In this document: positions 50,688 through 61,119 of the stretch, piece after piece
Layout: the number at the start of each line of letters is the position of its first letter
Position numbering within the stretch: position 1 is the first letter of the stretch
Origin: Longimicrobiales bacterium
GTDB lineage: Bacteria > Gemmatimonadota > Gemmatimonadetes > Longimicrobiales > Gaopeijiaceae
DNA: 64,000 nt
Assembly (NCBI GenBank): GCA_965238005.1
Contig: OZ250165.1
Location: 3,168,001 to 3,232,000, forward strand
Reading direction: 5' to 3'
The notes under the pieces: model-generated
Databases searched by the model: none
Seen by the model: only the letters and a program-made list of their open reading frames with translations
Told to the model about the DNA's origin: nothing
Made by a program: the position numbers and the translations under genes

Positions 50688-51799
50688 GGGATGGTTTGCA
50701 CCTCCACCGAGCACACCCTGGGGAGGTGCTCCGCGATCGTCCGCCAGGTGTCGCCGGCGTCTGCAGAGGCGTAGACCTGCCCGCCCGTAGTGCCGAAGTA
50801 GACGCCGCACGAGTCGAGCGCGTCCACCGCCATGGCATCGCGCAGGACGTCCACGTAGCAGTCACGCTGCGGAAGGCCGTTGGTGAGCGCCTCCCAATCG
50901 TTCCCGCCGGTGCGGCTTCGATATACGCGGAGCTTCCCCTCGGGCGGGTAGTGCTCCGAGTCGCTGAGGATAGGCACCACGTAGATCGTCTCGGGCTCAT
51001 GGGCGTGGACGGCGATCGGGAAGCCGAAGTCCGACGGCAGGTTGCCGCTCACCTCGGTCCACGATTCGCCGGCGTCGTCGCTGCGACAGACGTCCCAGTG
51101 CTTCTGCATGAAGACCGTGTCGGGCCGCGACGGGTGTAGCGCAAGCTTGTGAACGCAGTGACCGATCGGGGCCTCCGGCTCGGGCAGAAAGTTCGAGCTC
51201 AGTCCCCCCGTGGCGACCGCCCACGACTCGCCCCCGTCATCAGTGCGGAACACCCCCGCCGCCGAGATGGCCACGTACATGCGCTGCGCGTCCGCAGGGT
51301 CGATGAGGATCGTGTGTAGGCACATACCCCCGGCCCCAGGCGCCCAATCCTGCCCCGTCGAATGCGTACGCAGCCCGGCGAGCTCGGTCCACGTGTGACC
51401 GCCGTCACTCGAGCGGAAGAGGGCGGCATCCTCTACCCCTGCGTAGACCGTGTCGAGATCATTGGGTGACGGCTCCAGGTGCCAGACGCGCTTGAACTCC
51501 CACGGGTGTGGCGTGCCATCGTACCACTGGTGTGTGCCGGGGACGCCCTCGTAGGCGAACTCGTTCCCGACGGGCTCCCAGCACTGCCCGCCATCGTCGG
51601 ACCGCTGAACGACCTGGCCATGCCAGTCGGTCCACTGTGAGGCGTACAGACGATCAGGGTCGGCGGGAGAGCCCTGGACGTGCATGACCTCCCACCCTCC
51701 GAAGTGTGGCCCCTCGATTCTCCAGTCGCGCCGGGCGCCATCCGAGGTAATCACGAACGCGCCCTTTCCCGTCCCTACCAGGACCCGGATCTCAGCCAT
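50684..51799 (-). CDS. BNR/Asp-box beta-propeller (exo-alpha-sialidase-like) protein
   Basis: Repeated SxDxGxxW boxes; LVGTGKG, CVHK and SDFGFP motifs; ATGA-coupled to the MoaD-like gene. Confidence 0.88.
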   Translation of the reverse strand: MAEIRVLVGTGKGAFVITSDGARRDWRIEGPHFGGWEVMHVQGSPADPDRLYASQWTDWHGQVVQRSDDGGQCWEPVGNEFAYEGVPGTHQWYDGTPHPWEFKRVWHLEPSPNDLDTVYAGVEDAALFRSSDGGHTWTELAGLRTHSTGQDWAPGAGGMCLHTILIDPADAQRMYVAISAAGVFRTDDGGESWAVATGGLSSNFLPEPEAPIGHCVHKLALHPSRPDTVFMQKHWDVCRSDDAGESWTEVSGNLPSDFGFPIAVHAHEPETIYVVPILSDSEHYPPEGKLRVYRSRTGGNDWEALTNGLPQRDCYVDVLRDAMAVDALDSCGVYFGTTGGQVYASADAGDTWRTIAEHLPRVCSVEVQTIP

Positions 51800-52307
51800 C
51801 TGCACCTCCGTATGTGGGCTCCTCGATCGAAAGGTTCACCAGCTCTCGGAACCGATCCAGTGGGCTCCGCCCCCCCGGCGTCTGAGTGAACACCAACCCG
51901 ATGATCTGGCGCTCGGGATCCACCCACGCGTCCGTGCCGTCCGAGCCGCCGTGGCCGTATGTGCCGTCGGCCAGGCGCCAGCCGTATCCGTAGTACGACG
52001 CCTCGCTGCCTTCTCCTGCGACGTGGATCTTGGGCGACGTCATGAGCTCAACGGTCTCGGGCTGCAGATGTTCCGACGAAGGCTCCATCAGCGGCTGCAG
52101 GAACAGGCTGGAAATCCGGAGTCCGCTGCTGTGGGAAAGGAGCTGCCCGATCGTGATTAAGCCCGCCCGGTAGTGGTCCCACTCGGGGATGTACGTCCAG
52201 ACCAGGTCATCGTACTCGAGCTTCTCCTGCTCCACCAGCTGTGTGATGGCTGTGGCCACTACCGGCCTGGTGTTGGAGGCCATGCGGAACATGGTGTTCC
52301 GCTCCAC
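51792..52307 (-). pseudogene. Truncated, internally deleted serine hydrolase (beta-lactamase family)
   Basis: FRMASNTR (SxxK changed to SxxR), LLSHSSG joined almost directly to YGYGW..GHGG; the YxN region and N-terminus are missing. Confidence 0.8.
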
Positions 52308-52343
52308 ATCGTGAGTATACGTACGGAGGCTGCATGTCCAAGA
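52308..52343 (+). repeat. 35-bp direct repeat, right copy
   Basis: atcgtgagtatacgtacggagg-ct-gcatgtccaaga. Confidence 0.85.
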
Positions 52344-52455
52344 AGGCCCGGCATGCCACTTGTGTGCTCCTCGACAGAGGACGGCACGTCTCAAGAATGT
52401 GCGACCCCTAGGAGGCTGCGCTTTCGCATAAGACCGTGTTGGTGGCGCGGTCTTC

Positions 52456-52671
52456 TTAGTCGCCGGCTTCGTATCTGAAGGAGACCTTGACCTTCGCGCG
52501 GTAGCTCTGAACGGCACCGTCCCTGAGCTGCAGGTCCAGCTCTGAGACCTCCGCCACACGCAGGTCCCGCAGCGACTGGGAAGCACGTTGGACGGCTGCT
52601 GCCGCAGCCTTCTCCCACGACTCAGTAGAGGTTCCTACTAGCTCGATCACTTTGTACACACTCTCAGCCAT
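52456..52671 (-). CDS. Dodecin family protein
   Basis: VYKVIELVGTSTESWEKAA..YRAKVKVSF; GGAGG RBS. Confidence 0.92.
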   Translation of the reverse strand: MAESVYKVIELVGTSTESWEKAAAAAVQRASQSLRDLRVAEVSELDLQLRDGAVQSYRAKVKVSFRYEAGD

Positions 52672-52929
52672 CTTTTTTTCTCCTCCCCAGCCGTGTGGCG
52701 GGCACGTAACGGATTTGTGATTGACGGGTTAAAAGATAACACTCGAAATAATTCACCCCTCCGGGGATCGGGGCCGACGTGCGGTCGATCGGGCACGATC
52801 ATAACCGCTGTCTTGCCCTGACCCGCTCTCGGAACATGTACGCCTGCTCCACAATGCGCTTCTCCCTCTCAACAACATCCAGCGACTTGCTTTCTGCAAT
52901 GAACGATTGAACCCGAAACATGCGGCGAC

Positions 52930-53330
52930 ACATTGTCAAACTCTTCCGATACCTCTAACGCTAACCCCCCGAATAAGCTCTTGAACTGCCTTCGGCTCAC
53001 ACGAAATCTTGCCAGGGCATTAGCAAGTATACGGCCAAGAACTTGCTCATGTCACCGATTGATCATGTCGTCCGCTAGCAATCGAGTGCTTGCCGATTCT
53101 AACCTAATCCGTGGGGCTCATCCGGCAAAATCGGTACCGAGAAATCGTCACGAGGCCAGAGCATGTTACTTGCGTGAACATCGGTACCATTGTGGGAAAG
53201 CTTGACTTGTGGTCTTTCCGTCCGAGAAATACCTCGGAAACAGGGTAACCGCCGCCCAGCGCATGAATCGTAATCGCGATGTCGACACCATACTGCAGAG
53301 CAACAGAGCTGCCGGGAATCATCGATCTCG
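52930..53330 (-). pseudogene. Degraded lower-GC relic, possibly a glycosyltransferase
   Basis: YGVDIAITIHAL..SEVFLGRKDHKSSFPTMVPMFTQV resembles GT-A compatible-solute synthase-like motifs; multiple stops follow. Confidence 0.4.
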
Positions 53331-55198
53331 ATCTCGAAGATCCCGCGCGAGTCGAGCATGCGGACTCACCTCGGTAGGTGGTCCCGAGGCTTCGCGCGCC
53401 AGCGGTCGATGCCCATCATGAGCTTCGTGAATTCAGTGGAACTGGATGGGTCTTTGATACCATACAGGTTGGCCAGGGCCGTGGTGATCCTGGCCGTCTC
53501 GGCCACGGCGGGTTCATGCCGGCCCGAAGAGCCGCCCGGACGGATCCGGCCGGGGCGTTGCGGGCGTAGCTTCCCGTGTTCTAGTCGATCGGCCCGATAC
53601 GGCGGATCTTCCAGGCCTGGCCGGTGGTGGGGCCGGTCACGCCCATGAAGGGCACACCGGGCTGTCCCGTGCGTGTATCCAACGAACGGGAGGTACCGAA
53701 GCTCTGGGTGTGCAGCCGGAAGTACCCGTCACCCCTGTCGACGATGGTCCAAAGCTGTCTTGTCGATGGGCCGACACCGGTCAGGAAGCACGCCGTGACT
53801 CCGTCGGCCCCTTCGAGCGCCAGCAACGCTGCGCCGAGCAGGTTCTTCATGAGGTAGCGCTCGCCCGATGGCTCGAACCGCCAGAATTGACCGGAGAAGT
53901 CACCGGCGACGCCCATGAAGCACTGCTTGGTGTCCGAGTACGTGTCGAGCGCGCGGCTGTCGCCGAAGAGCTGGTTGGAGAGGCGGTACCAGTGGAGCGG
54001 ATCCACGAGAAGTGTCGTGAACGACCAGCCGTGCTCGGACTCCAGTGCGTTACCCGCTTCGTCTCGGATGCCTGTGGTCAGGCGCACGTCGTAGCTCGTA
54101 CTGAACTCTACGAGACCACCGTCTGGGAAGAACGTCACTACGTTCCGTTCTTCGCCCTCCACCGAGCGGGTGCCCGGGACCGGTCCCTCGGGACCCGTCA
54201 CCACGAACGTCTCCGCCGTGACCGTCAGCGGGTCGATCGGCTCGGAGAACTCGGCCTGGATCACAGTGGCGATGCCCACTCCCTCCGCATCGGGCGCGGG
54301 CTGGGTGAGGGTGAGGGTCGGCGGCTCGGACTCCACGGCTCCGGCTCGGGTGAGCTCCCAGAACTGACCCGTGAAGTCCCCCGTGACGGCCATGTAGGGG
54401 ATCCCCGAGCCCTCAATCGGAGCCGTATCCAGGGACCGTGTGTCTCCCCACTGCTGATTCTGGAGCCGAAAGTACCCGTCGTTCAGGGACACGAGTGACC
54501 ACAGTTGTCCGGCTGCCTGGACGGCGGGGTCAGGGGAGCGCTCGGCCGTGGCGGCCACCAGGAGGTCGGTCAGCCCGCATGGATCGACCGAGGAGCTGCC
54601 GTCCAGCGCTTGCGTGGCGCCGCCGAATCGGCTTTGTAGCACGTACCACTCTCCCTCGGGCACGAACCGCCAGAACTGTCCGCTGAAGTCGCCCGTGTCG
54701 GCCATGAAACAGGTACGAGAGTCGGAGAAGGTGTCCAGCGACTGCTCCAGACCGAGGAAGAGGTTGGAGAGCCGGTACCACTGGTCGATCTGAACGACGA
54801 TCGTCTCGAACGAGAACGTGAAGGTGGCCGGGAGGGCGTTGCCGGCCAGGTCCTGGACGCCGGTGGTGACACGGACCTCGTAGCGACTCGAGAACTCCTC
54901 GAGCTCCACGGCCGGCTCGAAGGTCACCGCGCTGCCGGACACGGTGATGCTGCCGGCCACCGGCCCAGAGGGCCCGGTCACGGTCAGGCTCGACGACGTG
55001 ACCGTGGCCGGACTCACCGCCTCCGAGAACTGCACCAGGATGATCGCGCCGACGGCGATCCCGTGCGCGCCGTTCGAAGGGGTCGTGCTCACGACCTGGG
55101 GTGGGACCGTCTCGGTGGGCTGGGGCGGCGGAGGGGCGTCGGGTGCGTTCGGAACCGTGGGGCTGTCGCCGCCGCAGGCCGACAGAAGCGTGGCAGCC

Positions 55199-56655
55199 GA
55201 AGCTGTCCCAACCGTAGTTGAAGGTTCCTGATAGGGGAGAAAGAAAAGTGGTGGCTCCGGGGGTCCCGGGCCGATAGGCTCGGGTAGGCAAAAACCCCAA
55301 CACGGAGCCACCACGATGAAGAGAACGTACGAGGTAAGGGATCGGGCGGACAAGCGCGCGATCAGGGAGTTCCTGAAGCGGGAGGGGCAGTTTCTGCTTC
55401 CGATGCTTGAGCTCGTGGAGCAGACGGAGGTCGCGATCGACGAAGTCATCCAGGTGATGGGACGAGCGACGATCGAAGCGGTGCTGGAGATGAGCGCCGA
55501 GGGTGTGGCAGGCGTGAAGCAGGCAGGTCGGTCACGAGCGGAAGACGACACGGTGTGGTATGGCCGGCAGGGTGGTGTGGTTTACCTGTCGGACCGGAAG
55601 GTGCGTGTGGAGCGGCCACGGCTCAGGCGCCGGGGCGCCGGGGAGGGTGGCGAGGTCGAGGTGCCGGCGTACGCAGCGATGCGGAGACCGGGCGCCGTGG
55701 CGGATCGGATGCTCGAGGTCCTGATGGCGGGGGTGAGCACGCGGAAGTACGGCCGTGTGATCGGTGAGATGGCCGACACGGTCGGGGTGAGCAAGTCGGC
55801 GGTGAGCCGTGAGACGGTCGAGGCCTCGGAGCGCGTGCTGAAGGAGCTGATGGAGCGCCGGCTGGATGCGTGGGACCTCCTGGTGATCTACCTGGACGGG
55901 ATCCAGATGGGCTCGCACCACGTGCTTGCTGCGGTAGGCGTGGACTCAGACGGAAAGAAGCACGTGCTGGGCGTGAGGGAAGGAGCGAGTGAGAACGCCG
56001 AGGTGACCAGCGCGCTCCTAGAGGATCTGGTCGAGCGCGGCCTGGACCCGGGCAGGCGGCGGCTGTTCGTGATCGATGGCTCGAAAGCGCTCAGGAAGGC
56101 GATCGAGAAGGTGTTCGGCCAACGTCACCCCATCCAGCGCTGCCGCAACCACAAGCTCCGCAACGTGCTGGGTCATCTGCCGAAGGATCAGCATCCTCAG
56201 GTGAAGGCGGCGTTCCGGGCGGCGATGAAGCTGGACGCGAAGCAGGGCGAGCAGAAGCTCGAGCAGCTCGCCCGATGGCTCGAGCGCGACCACCCCTCGG
56301 CCTCGGCCAGCCTACGCGAAGGCCTCAGCGAGATGTTCACGATCAACCGGCTCGGCCTCCCGCCGCGGCTGAGGAAGTGCCTGGGCTCGACCAACCTGAT
56401 CGACAGCACCCACTCGGGCGTAAGACAGAAGACCCGCAGGGTGACCAACTGGAAGAACGGAGCGATGGCCTTGCGCTGGGCTGCGGCCTCGTTCGTGGAG
56501 ACCGAGAAGAGCTACCGGAGGATCATCGGCTACGACCAGCTCTGGATGCTCAGGGCCCACCTCGACGACCATGAACCGGTTGCCGAAATGAGAAAGGCAG
56601 GCTAACAAGGAGACTCTCCGGAGCCACCACCTTCAACTGTCAGCGGGACACCATC
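55199..56655 (+). mobile_element. IS256-family insertion sequence, 1457 bp
   Basis: Imperfect 27-bp TIRs GAAGCTGTCCCAACCGTAGTTGAAGGT and GATGGTGTCCCGCTGACAGTTGAAGGT; 8-bp TSD TGGCAGCC at 55191-55198 and 56656-56663. Confidence 0.92.
55316..56605 (+). CDS. IS256-family transposase
   Basis: GVSTRKY, YLDG, VIDGSKAL, QRCRNHK and STNLIDS motifs. Confidence 0.92.
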   Translation: MKRTYEVRDRADKRAIREFLKREGQFLLPMLELVEQTEVAIDEVIQVMGRATIEAVLEMSAEGVAGVKQAGRSRAEDDTVWYGRQGGVVYLSDRKVRVERPRLRRRGAGEGGEVEVPAYAAMRRPGAVADRMLEVLMAGVSTRKYGRVIGEMADTVGVSKSAVSRETVEASERVLKELMERRLDAWDLLVIYLDGIQMGSHHVLAAVGVDSDGKKHVLGVREGASENAEVTSALLEDLVERGLDPGRRRLFVIDGSKALRKAIEKVFGQRHPIQRCRNHKLRNVLGHLPKDQHPQVKAAFRAAMKLDAKQGEQKLEQLARWLERDHPSASASLREGLSEMFTINRLGLPPRLRKCLGSTNLIDSTHSGVRQKTRRVTNWKNGAMALRWAAASFVETEKSYRRIIGYDQLWMLRAHLDDHEPVAEMRKAG

Positions 56656-57008
56656 TGGCAGCCGACAAGAACACACTGCAGCGGGTCACAACCAACCTCG
56701 GGCCCTTGAGACATGGTACGGGGCCTCGCCGCAGGCACGCTGCAACCTCGGAGTATATCTCGGCAATACGAGCCACTGCAAGGCGAGACCCTGCCGAGGC
56801 GCCGTATATGCCCCGTCATTTCATTAACGTGAGCCTGCTGTGCGCTACACAGGCAGTGTGCGACTACGATGCCTACCGCGCCAGCCGCAGTCAATTCCGG
56901 GCCGGCTGAGGGTGGAGGGCAATGAGCTAACCTATGAAAGCGTCCGGACATCTTCGCCTCCGGCCCCCCTCTCTGGCTCCGTGTGGTGGTCATCGGGTGC
57001 GGTAGGAG

Positions 57009-58379
57009 CTAAACCCCGTTCTCGTCCACGGCCAGCAGGCTGCGAAGCAGCACGTTCGCGCCCGCCGTTATCTGTTCTGGGGGTGTCATCTCCAGGGGCG
57101 AGTGGCTGATCCCATCCAGGCTGGGCACGAAGATCATTCCCACGGGGCCCAGGTGCGCGATGCTCTGCGCGTCGTGCCCGGCGCCGCTGGGCATGCGCAA
57201 CGTGGTGAGGCTGAGCCGCCGGGCCTCGGCTTCGATGACGTCCCGGAGGCGCAGCGCGGTGGGAGCGGCCCGGCTGGTGTAGAACTGCTCGAACTCCACG
57301 CTCGTGCCGTCGCTCTCGGCCAGCGCGGCGGCCTCGCCTCGGATCGCCTCGAAGATCTCGTCGATCTTGGACATCTCCAGGTCGCGGATCTCCAGGCTGA
57401 ACGTGACCCGTCCGGGAATCACGTTGGGCGCGCCCGGCTCAGCGCTCACGCGGCCGACCGTGGCCACCTGCCGTCCCGGCGTGGTGCGCGCGATTCGGTT
57501 GACGGCCTCGATCATCCGGGCCGCCGAGACCATGGCGTCGTGGCGCTGATCCATGGGCGTGGTGCCGGCGTGGTTGGCGAAGCCTTCCACCGTGACGGTC
57601 CAACGCTTGATGCCCACGATGCCCTCGACCACTCCGATGTCGATGCCGGCCCGGTCGAGGACGAAGCCCTGCTCGATGTGGAGCTCGAAGTACGCCGTCA
57701 GCGAGCCGGGCTCTCGTCGAGCCTCCTCCAGCCGGCTCAGGTCGCCGCCGATGCGCAGCGTGCCTTCCCCGATCGTAAAGCCACTCGCCGTTCTGACGTC
57801 GAGCTCGGCCGGGTCCACCTCGCCCGAGATGGCGCGGCTTCCCGTCTTCCCGCCTTCCTCATTCGCCCAGATGACGAATTCGAGACCGTGGCGGGTGCGA
57901 TGGCCCGCGTCGGCCAGCGTGGTCGCGACCTCCAACGCGGCCATGGAGCCCACCTGTCCGTCGTAGTTCCCGCCCAACGGGACAGAGTCGATGTGTGATC
58001 CGAGCAGCAGCGGCGGCAGGTCAGGGTCGGAGCCCGCGCGCTGGCCGATCAGGTTCCCTGCGAGGTCGACCGAGACTTCGAGCCCGGCGTCGCTCATGAG
58101 GGTCGCCACCCACTCGCGGGCGGCGATGTCGGCGTCGCTGTAGGCGACCCGGCTGACCCCTCCCGCGGGCGTGGCGCCGAAGCGGGCCAGATCGGTGAGC
58201 GTTCGGCTGAGGCGGTCCCCGTCCACCAGCAAGTCGGGCGGGGCCGGGGCGACACGGGCGCCGCCCACCAGCAGATGGGGAGCGTTCCCGGCGCCGCCGG
58301 GCAGCCGCCAGAGCGCGGGCGGCACCATGCCGAGCGCGAGCCCTCCTGACGCGAGACGGGTGAAGTGACGGCGGTCCAT
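57009..58379 (-). CDS. Zn-dependent N-carbamoyl amidohydrolase (M20; allantoate amidohydrolase-like) with Tat leader
   Basis: GSHIDSV, YDG, NEEG, ELHIEQG, NHAGTTPM and SGAGHD motifs; MDRRHF leader. Confidence 0.9.
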   Translation of the reverse strand: MDRRHFTRLASGGLALGMVPPALWRLPGGAGNAPHLLVGGARVAPAPPDLLVDGDRLSRTLTDLARFGATPAGGVSRVAYSDADIAAREWVATLMSDAGLEVSVDLAGNLIGQRAGSDPDLPPLLLGSHIDSVPLGGNYDGQVGSMAALEVATTLADAGHRTRHGLEFVIWANEEGGKTGSRAISGEVDPAELDVRTASGFTIGEGTLRIGGDLSRLEEARREPGSLTAYFELHIEQGFVLDRAGIDIGVVEGIVGIKRWTVTVEGFANHAGTTPMDQRHDAMVSAARMIEAVNRIARTTPGRQVATVGRVSAEPGAPNVIPGRVTFSLEIRDLEMSKIDEIFEAIRGEAAALAESDGTSVEFEQFYTSRAAPTALRLRDVIEAEARRLSLTTLRMPSGAGHDAQSIAHLGPVGMIFVPSLDGISHSPLEMTPPEQITAGANVLLRSLLAVDENGV

Positions 58380-58614
58380 GGCTCGTCCGTTCTATGTTTG
58401 GCCGGCCCCTGTGTGGCCTCCAGCGCCCAGACGGGTGACTGGATCGGACACGGGCGAACTCCGAGACCAGACCGAGGTCAAGATCCTATGAGGGGGCCGG
58501 GAGGCGCAAGCGGCAGGCGAACGGTCTGACTCGCTGAGCGGGTTTTCCCCAGGGGCGGCGAGTCTGTAGTTTCTCTGCGGCTCATCGCTGCCATCACAAC
58601 AGGACCTGCGCCTG

Positions 58615-59739
58615 GTGCCCAACCCGATCCCATCGCAAATCCAACACGAGGCCAGCCCGATCGTGGTGATCGGCCGCGTCGTCTACTTCCTCGCCCTGCT
58701 CTACCTGTTCTTCTCCAGCATCGAGCTGATGAGCACCGCGTTCAAGATGAGCGGCGCAGGACTCGCGGATCAGCTCCTGAACACGGCGTCGGACCCAGTC
58801 GCCGGGCTGCTCATCGGATTCCTGGCCACGAGCCTGATCCAGAGCTCCTCGACCACCACCACCATCGTGGTGGGACTCGTGGCGTCCGGTGCGCTCACCA
58901 TTGAGCTCGCCGTGCCCATCATCATGGGTGCGAACATCGGAACGACAACGACGAACACAATCGTGTCGATCGGGCACGTGACCCGTCCGGCGGAGTTCGA
59001 GCGGGCCTTGGCGGCTTCCACGGTGCACGACTTCTTCAACGTGCTCGCGGCGTTCACGCTCCTGCCAGTGGAGATCCTTTTTCACCCGGTCGAGAAAACG
59101 GCGATCTTTCTGCAGCGCGTGTTCGCCGGTGCCGGTGGCATGAGCCTGGCCAGCCCTCTCAAGCTGGTCGTGGGTCCACCCGCCGAATTCCTCTCGGAGT
59201 TGATCCCCTACACGATTCCGCTGGGCATTCTGGCTCTCGCTCTGCTCTTCATGGCCCTGCGAGGGATGCTGACGTTCATGCGGGGCGTCGTCCTACAGCG
59301 CCTGGAAGGGCTCTTCGACAGGGTCCTCTTCCGTAACGACGCCGCGAGCTTCACTCTGGGCGTCGTTGCGACGGCGTCCGTGCAGAGCAGCTCGGCGACG
59401 ACGTCTTTGATCGTGCCCTTGGCGGGCACCGGGGTCCTCACCCTACGTCAGATCTTCCCGTACACGATTGGGGCGAATATCGGAACCACCATCACCGCGA
59501 TCCTCGCCTCGTTTTCGACCGGAAGCCCGGCGGCGGTGACCATCGCCCTGGCTCACCTGGCGTTCAATATGATGGCCGTCGCGATCTTCTATCCTCTGAA
59601 GGCCCTGCCCATCGAGCTCGCGAGGAGGTGGGGCGTCTTCGCGGCCCGCTCGAAGGTGAGCACTGCCACTGTGTTCTCTGTCTATATCGCGTTGCACGTC
59701 ATACCGCTCGCGTACATCATTTGGTCAGCGAAAAGGTAA
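58615..59739 (+). CDS. Na/Pi cotransporter family protein
   Basis: Two QSSS..GANIGTT repeats. Confidence 0.92.
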   Translation: MPNPIPSQIQHEASPIVVIGRVVYFLALLYLFFSSIELMSTAFKMSGAGLADQLLNTASDPVAGLLIGFLATSLIQSSSTTTTIVVGLVASGALTIELAVPIIMGANIGTTTTNTIVSIGHVTRPAEFERALAASTVHDFFNVLAAFTLLPVEILFHPVEKTAIFLQRVFAGAGGMSLASPLKLVVGPPAEFLSELIPYTIPLGILALALLFMALRGMLTFMRGVVLQRLEGLFDRVLFRNDAASFTLGVVATASVQSSSATTSLIVPLAGTGVLTLRQIFPYTIGANIGTTITAILASFSTGSPAAVTIALAHLAFNMMAVAIFYPLKALPIELARRWGVFAARSKVSTATVFSVYIALHVIPLAYIIWSAKR

Positions 59740-59745
59740 CAAGCC

Positions 59746-60426
59746 ATGTGGAAACAAATCGTCGCGCTCTTCAGGTCCGGAGGCCCACTGCAGGAGGCAT
59801 ATGACGAGGCGATCCTGATGCTTCGGGCCTCCCACGACATGTTCGACCACGCAGTCACGGCGCTCCACGCGGAGGGCACGCCAAAGACCGACATCTACAA
59901 GCGCGATCAGCAGCTCAACAAGTACGAGCGGAGCGTTCGTCGCAAGATCGTCACGCACATGTCCGTGTCGTCAAAGCCTGACATCAACCTGGGACTGGTG
60001 CTCACCGCGATCGTCATCGACATCGAGCGGATCGGCGACTACACCAAAAACATCGTGGAGTTGGCGTCCGCGGTTCCGGGGCCCTTCGATGGGCTCGAGC
60101 TACACGACAAGGTGGTTGGGATCGAGCAGATCATGGCTCGGATGTTCGATGACATCGTGCCCGCCCTTGAGGAATCCGACATGGTTCGGGCCAGGGGCAT
60201 CATAAAGTCCCACACCTCCATCGCATCCAAGGTGGACAAACAAGTGCGTGCCCTGTGCTCGGGTAAGGCGTTGTCGGGACGGTCGGGGCATGCGGTCACG
60301 GTAGCACTCTATCTGCGCTATCTGAAGCGCGTCAGCGCGCACCTCAAGAACGTGGCCACCAGCGTAGTGAATCCCTACCACCGGATCGGATTCCGGGAGA
60401 AGAAGTCTCGAGCCAAAAAGGGTTGA
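59746..60426 (+). CDS. PhoU domain protein
   Basis: DIERIGDYTKNI and RYLKRVSAH motifs; directly follows the Na/Pi transporter. Confidence 0.88.
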   Translation: MWKQIVALFRSGGPLQEAYDEAILMLRASHDMFDHAVTALHAEGTPKTDIYKRDQQLNKYERSVRRKIVTHMSVSSKPDINLGLVLTAIVIDIERIGDYTKNIVELASAVPGPFDGLELHDKVVGIEQIMARMFDDIVPALEESDMVRARGIIKSHTSIASKVDKQVRALCSGKALSGRSGHAVTVALYLRYLKRVSAHLKNVATSVVNPYHRIGFREKKSRAKKG

Positions 60427-60437
60427 TCGGGAGCCGA

Positions 60438-60650
60438 ATGAACGAAGAGCAGTGGTTCGGCCTGCTGGGGCTCATCGTCGGCCTCTATCTATTTGTGTGC
60501 GCGACTTGGAAAAGAGACTTCTTCCTCTACGACTGGAAGGTGCAACGGGCCATCGCTTGGTATGGAGAGGAGAAGGCGCACCTTGGCTTTCAAATAGGTG
60601 GAGTCATCGTGATGATCGTGGGCGTCCTGAAGTTGCTGCAAGTGATCTAA
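60438..60650 (+). CDS. Small two-TM membrane protein
   Basis: GGAG RBS, ATG, two hydrophobic helices; co-oriented with the phosphate genes. Confidence 0.65.
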   Translation: MNEEQWFGLLGLIVGLYLFVCATWKRDFFLYDWKVQRAIAWYGEEKAHLGFQIGGVIVMIVGVLKLLQVI

Positions 60651-60654
60651 GGAA

Positions 60655-60935
60655 TCCCCATGCGGTGGTCATCGTCTGATCGTCTTTCTTGACGAGACGC
60701 ACATTGTGGTAGGCCGTCGAACCCGTAGACATCCCCACGTCCAATCGAAGCTCGGCGATGCTCTCGCGTGGGACCTGACGCTTCCGCATGGGCAGGAGCA
60801 TCCGGTGTGTCACGGTGACCCCCTCCGGCCCGGCGGTGACCCGTGTGCTTCCCAACAACAAGAAAGCGAAGACGCCAGCGAAGAACGCGTCGACCACGAG
60901 CAGGCCGTAGAAGAACGGAAAACGGATCCTCTCGG
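60655..60935 (-). pseudogene. Probable relic of a membrane protein gene
   Basis: Protein-like stretch FPFFYGLLVVDAFF..GSTRVTAGPEGVTVTH..VGMSTGSTAYHNVRL with no credible start. Confidence 0.35.
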
Positions 60936-61119
60936 AGCGGCGCCAGGATGGTGACGGCCAGCTCGGTCTCCGTTGTCCAGTTGCGAGCGCCCACCTTCCG
61001 CATATAGTCTGAGAGCCCACAAGCCGGCACAATGCAGGCTGAGGTTCGTAGTGACCCCAGACGCCTTGCGACGGTATCCGGCCATAGGCGGATCGGTTAA
61101 CCTGGCCTCTGGGGGAGAG

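Larger units (their letters stand above)
53581..56689 (-). pseudogene. Lipoprotein with two (Ig-like Big_5 + ricin-B-like trefoil) modules, interrupted by IS256
   Basis: Removing the IS and one TSD restores GAGGT RBS + GTG(56689) MTRCSVFLSAATLLSACGG; two FSEA/PxxPxTV Ig domains and two QxW-rich domains. Confidence 0.85.

Noticed and set aside
55199..55551. N-terminal 120 aa of the 656-aa ORF 53581..55551
   Set aside because: It is antisense IS256 sequence; the real start is at 56689 beyond the IS.
56700..57000. Integron attC-like site
   Set aside because: YTAAC-like cores are present but there is no matching GTTRRRY arm or long inverted repeat, and no integrase.
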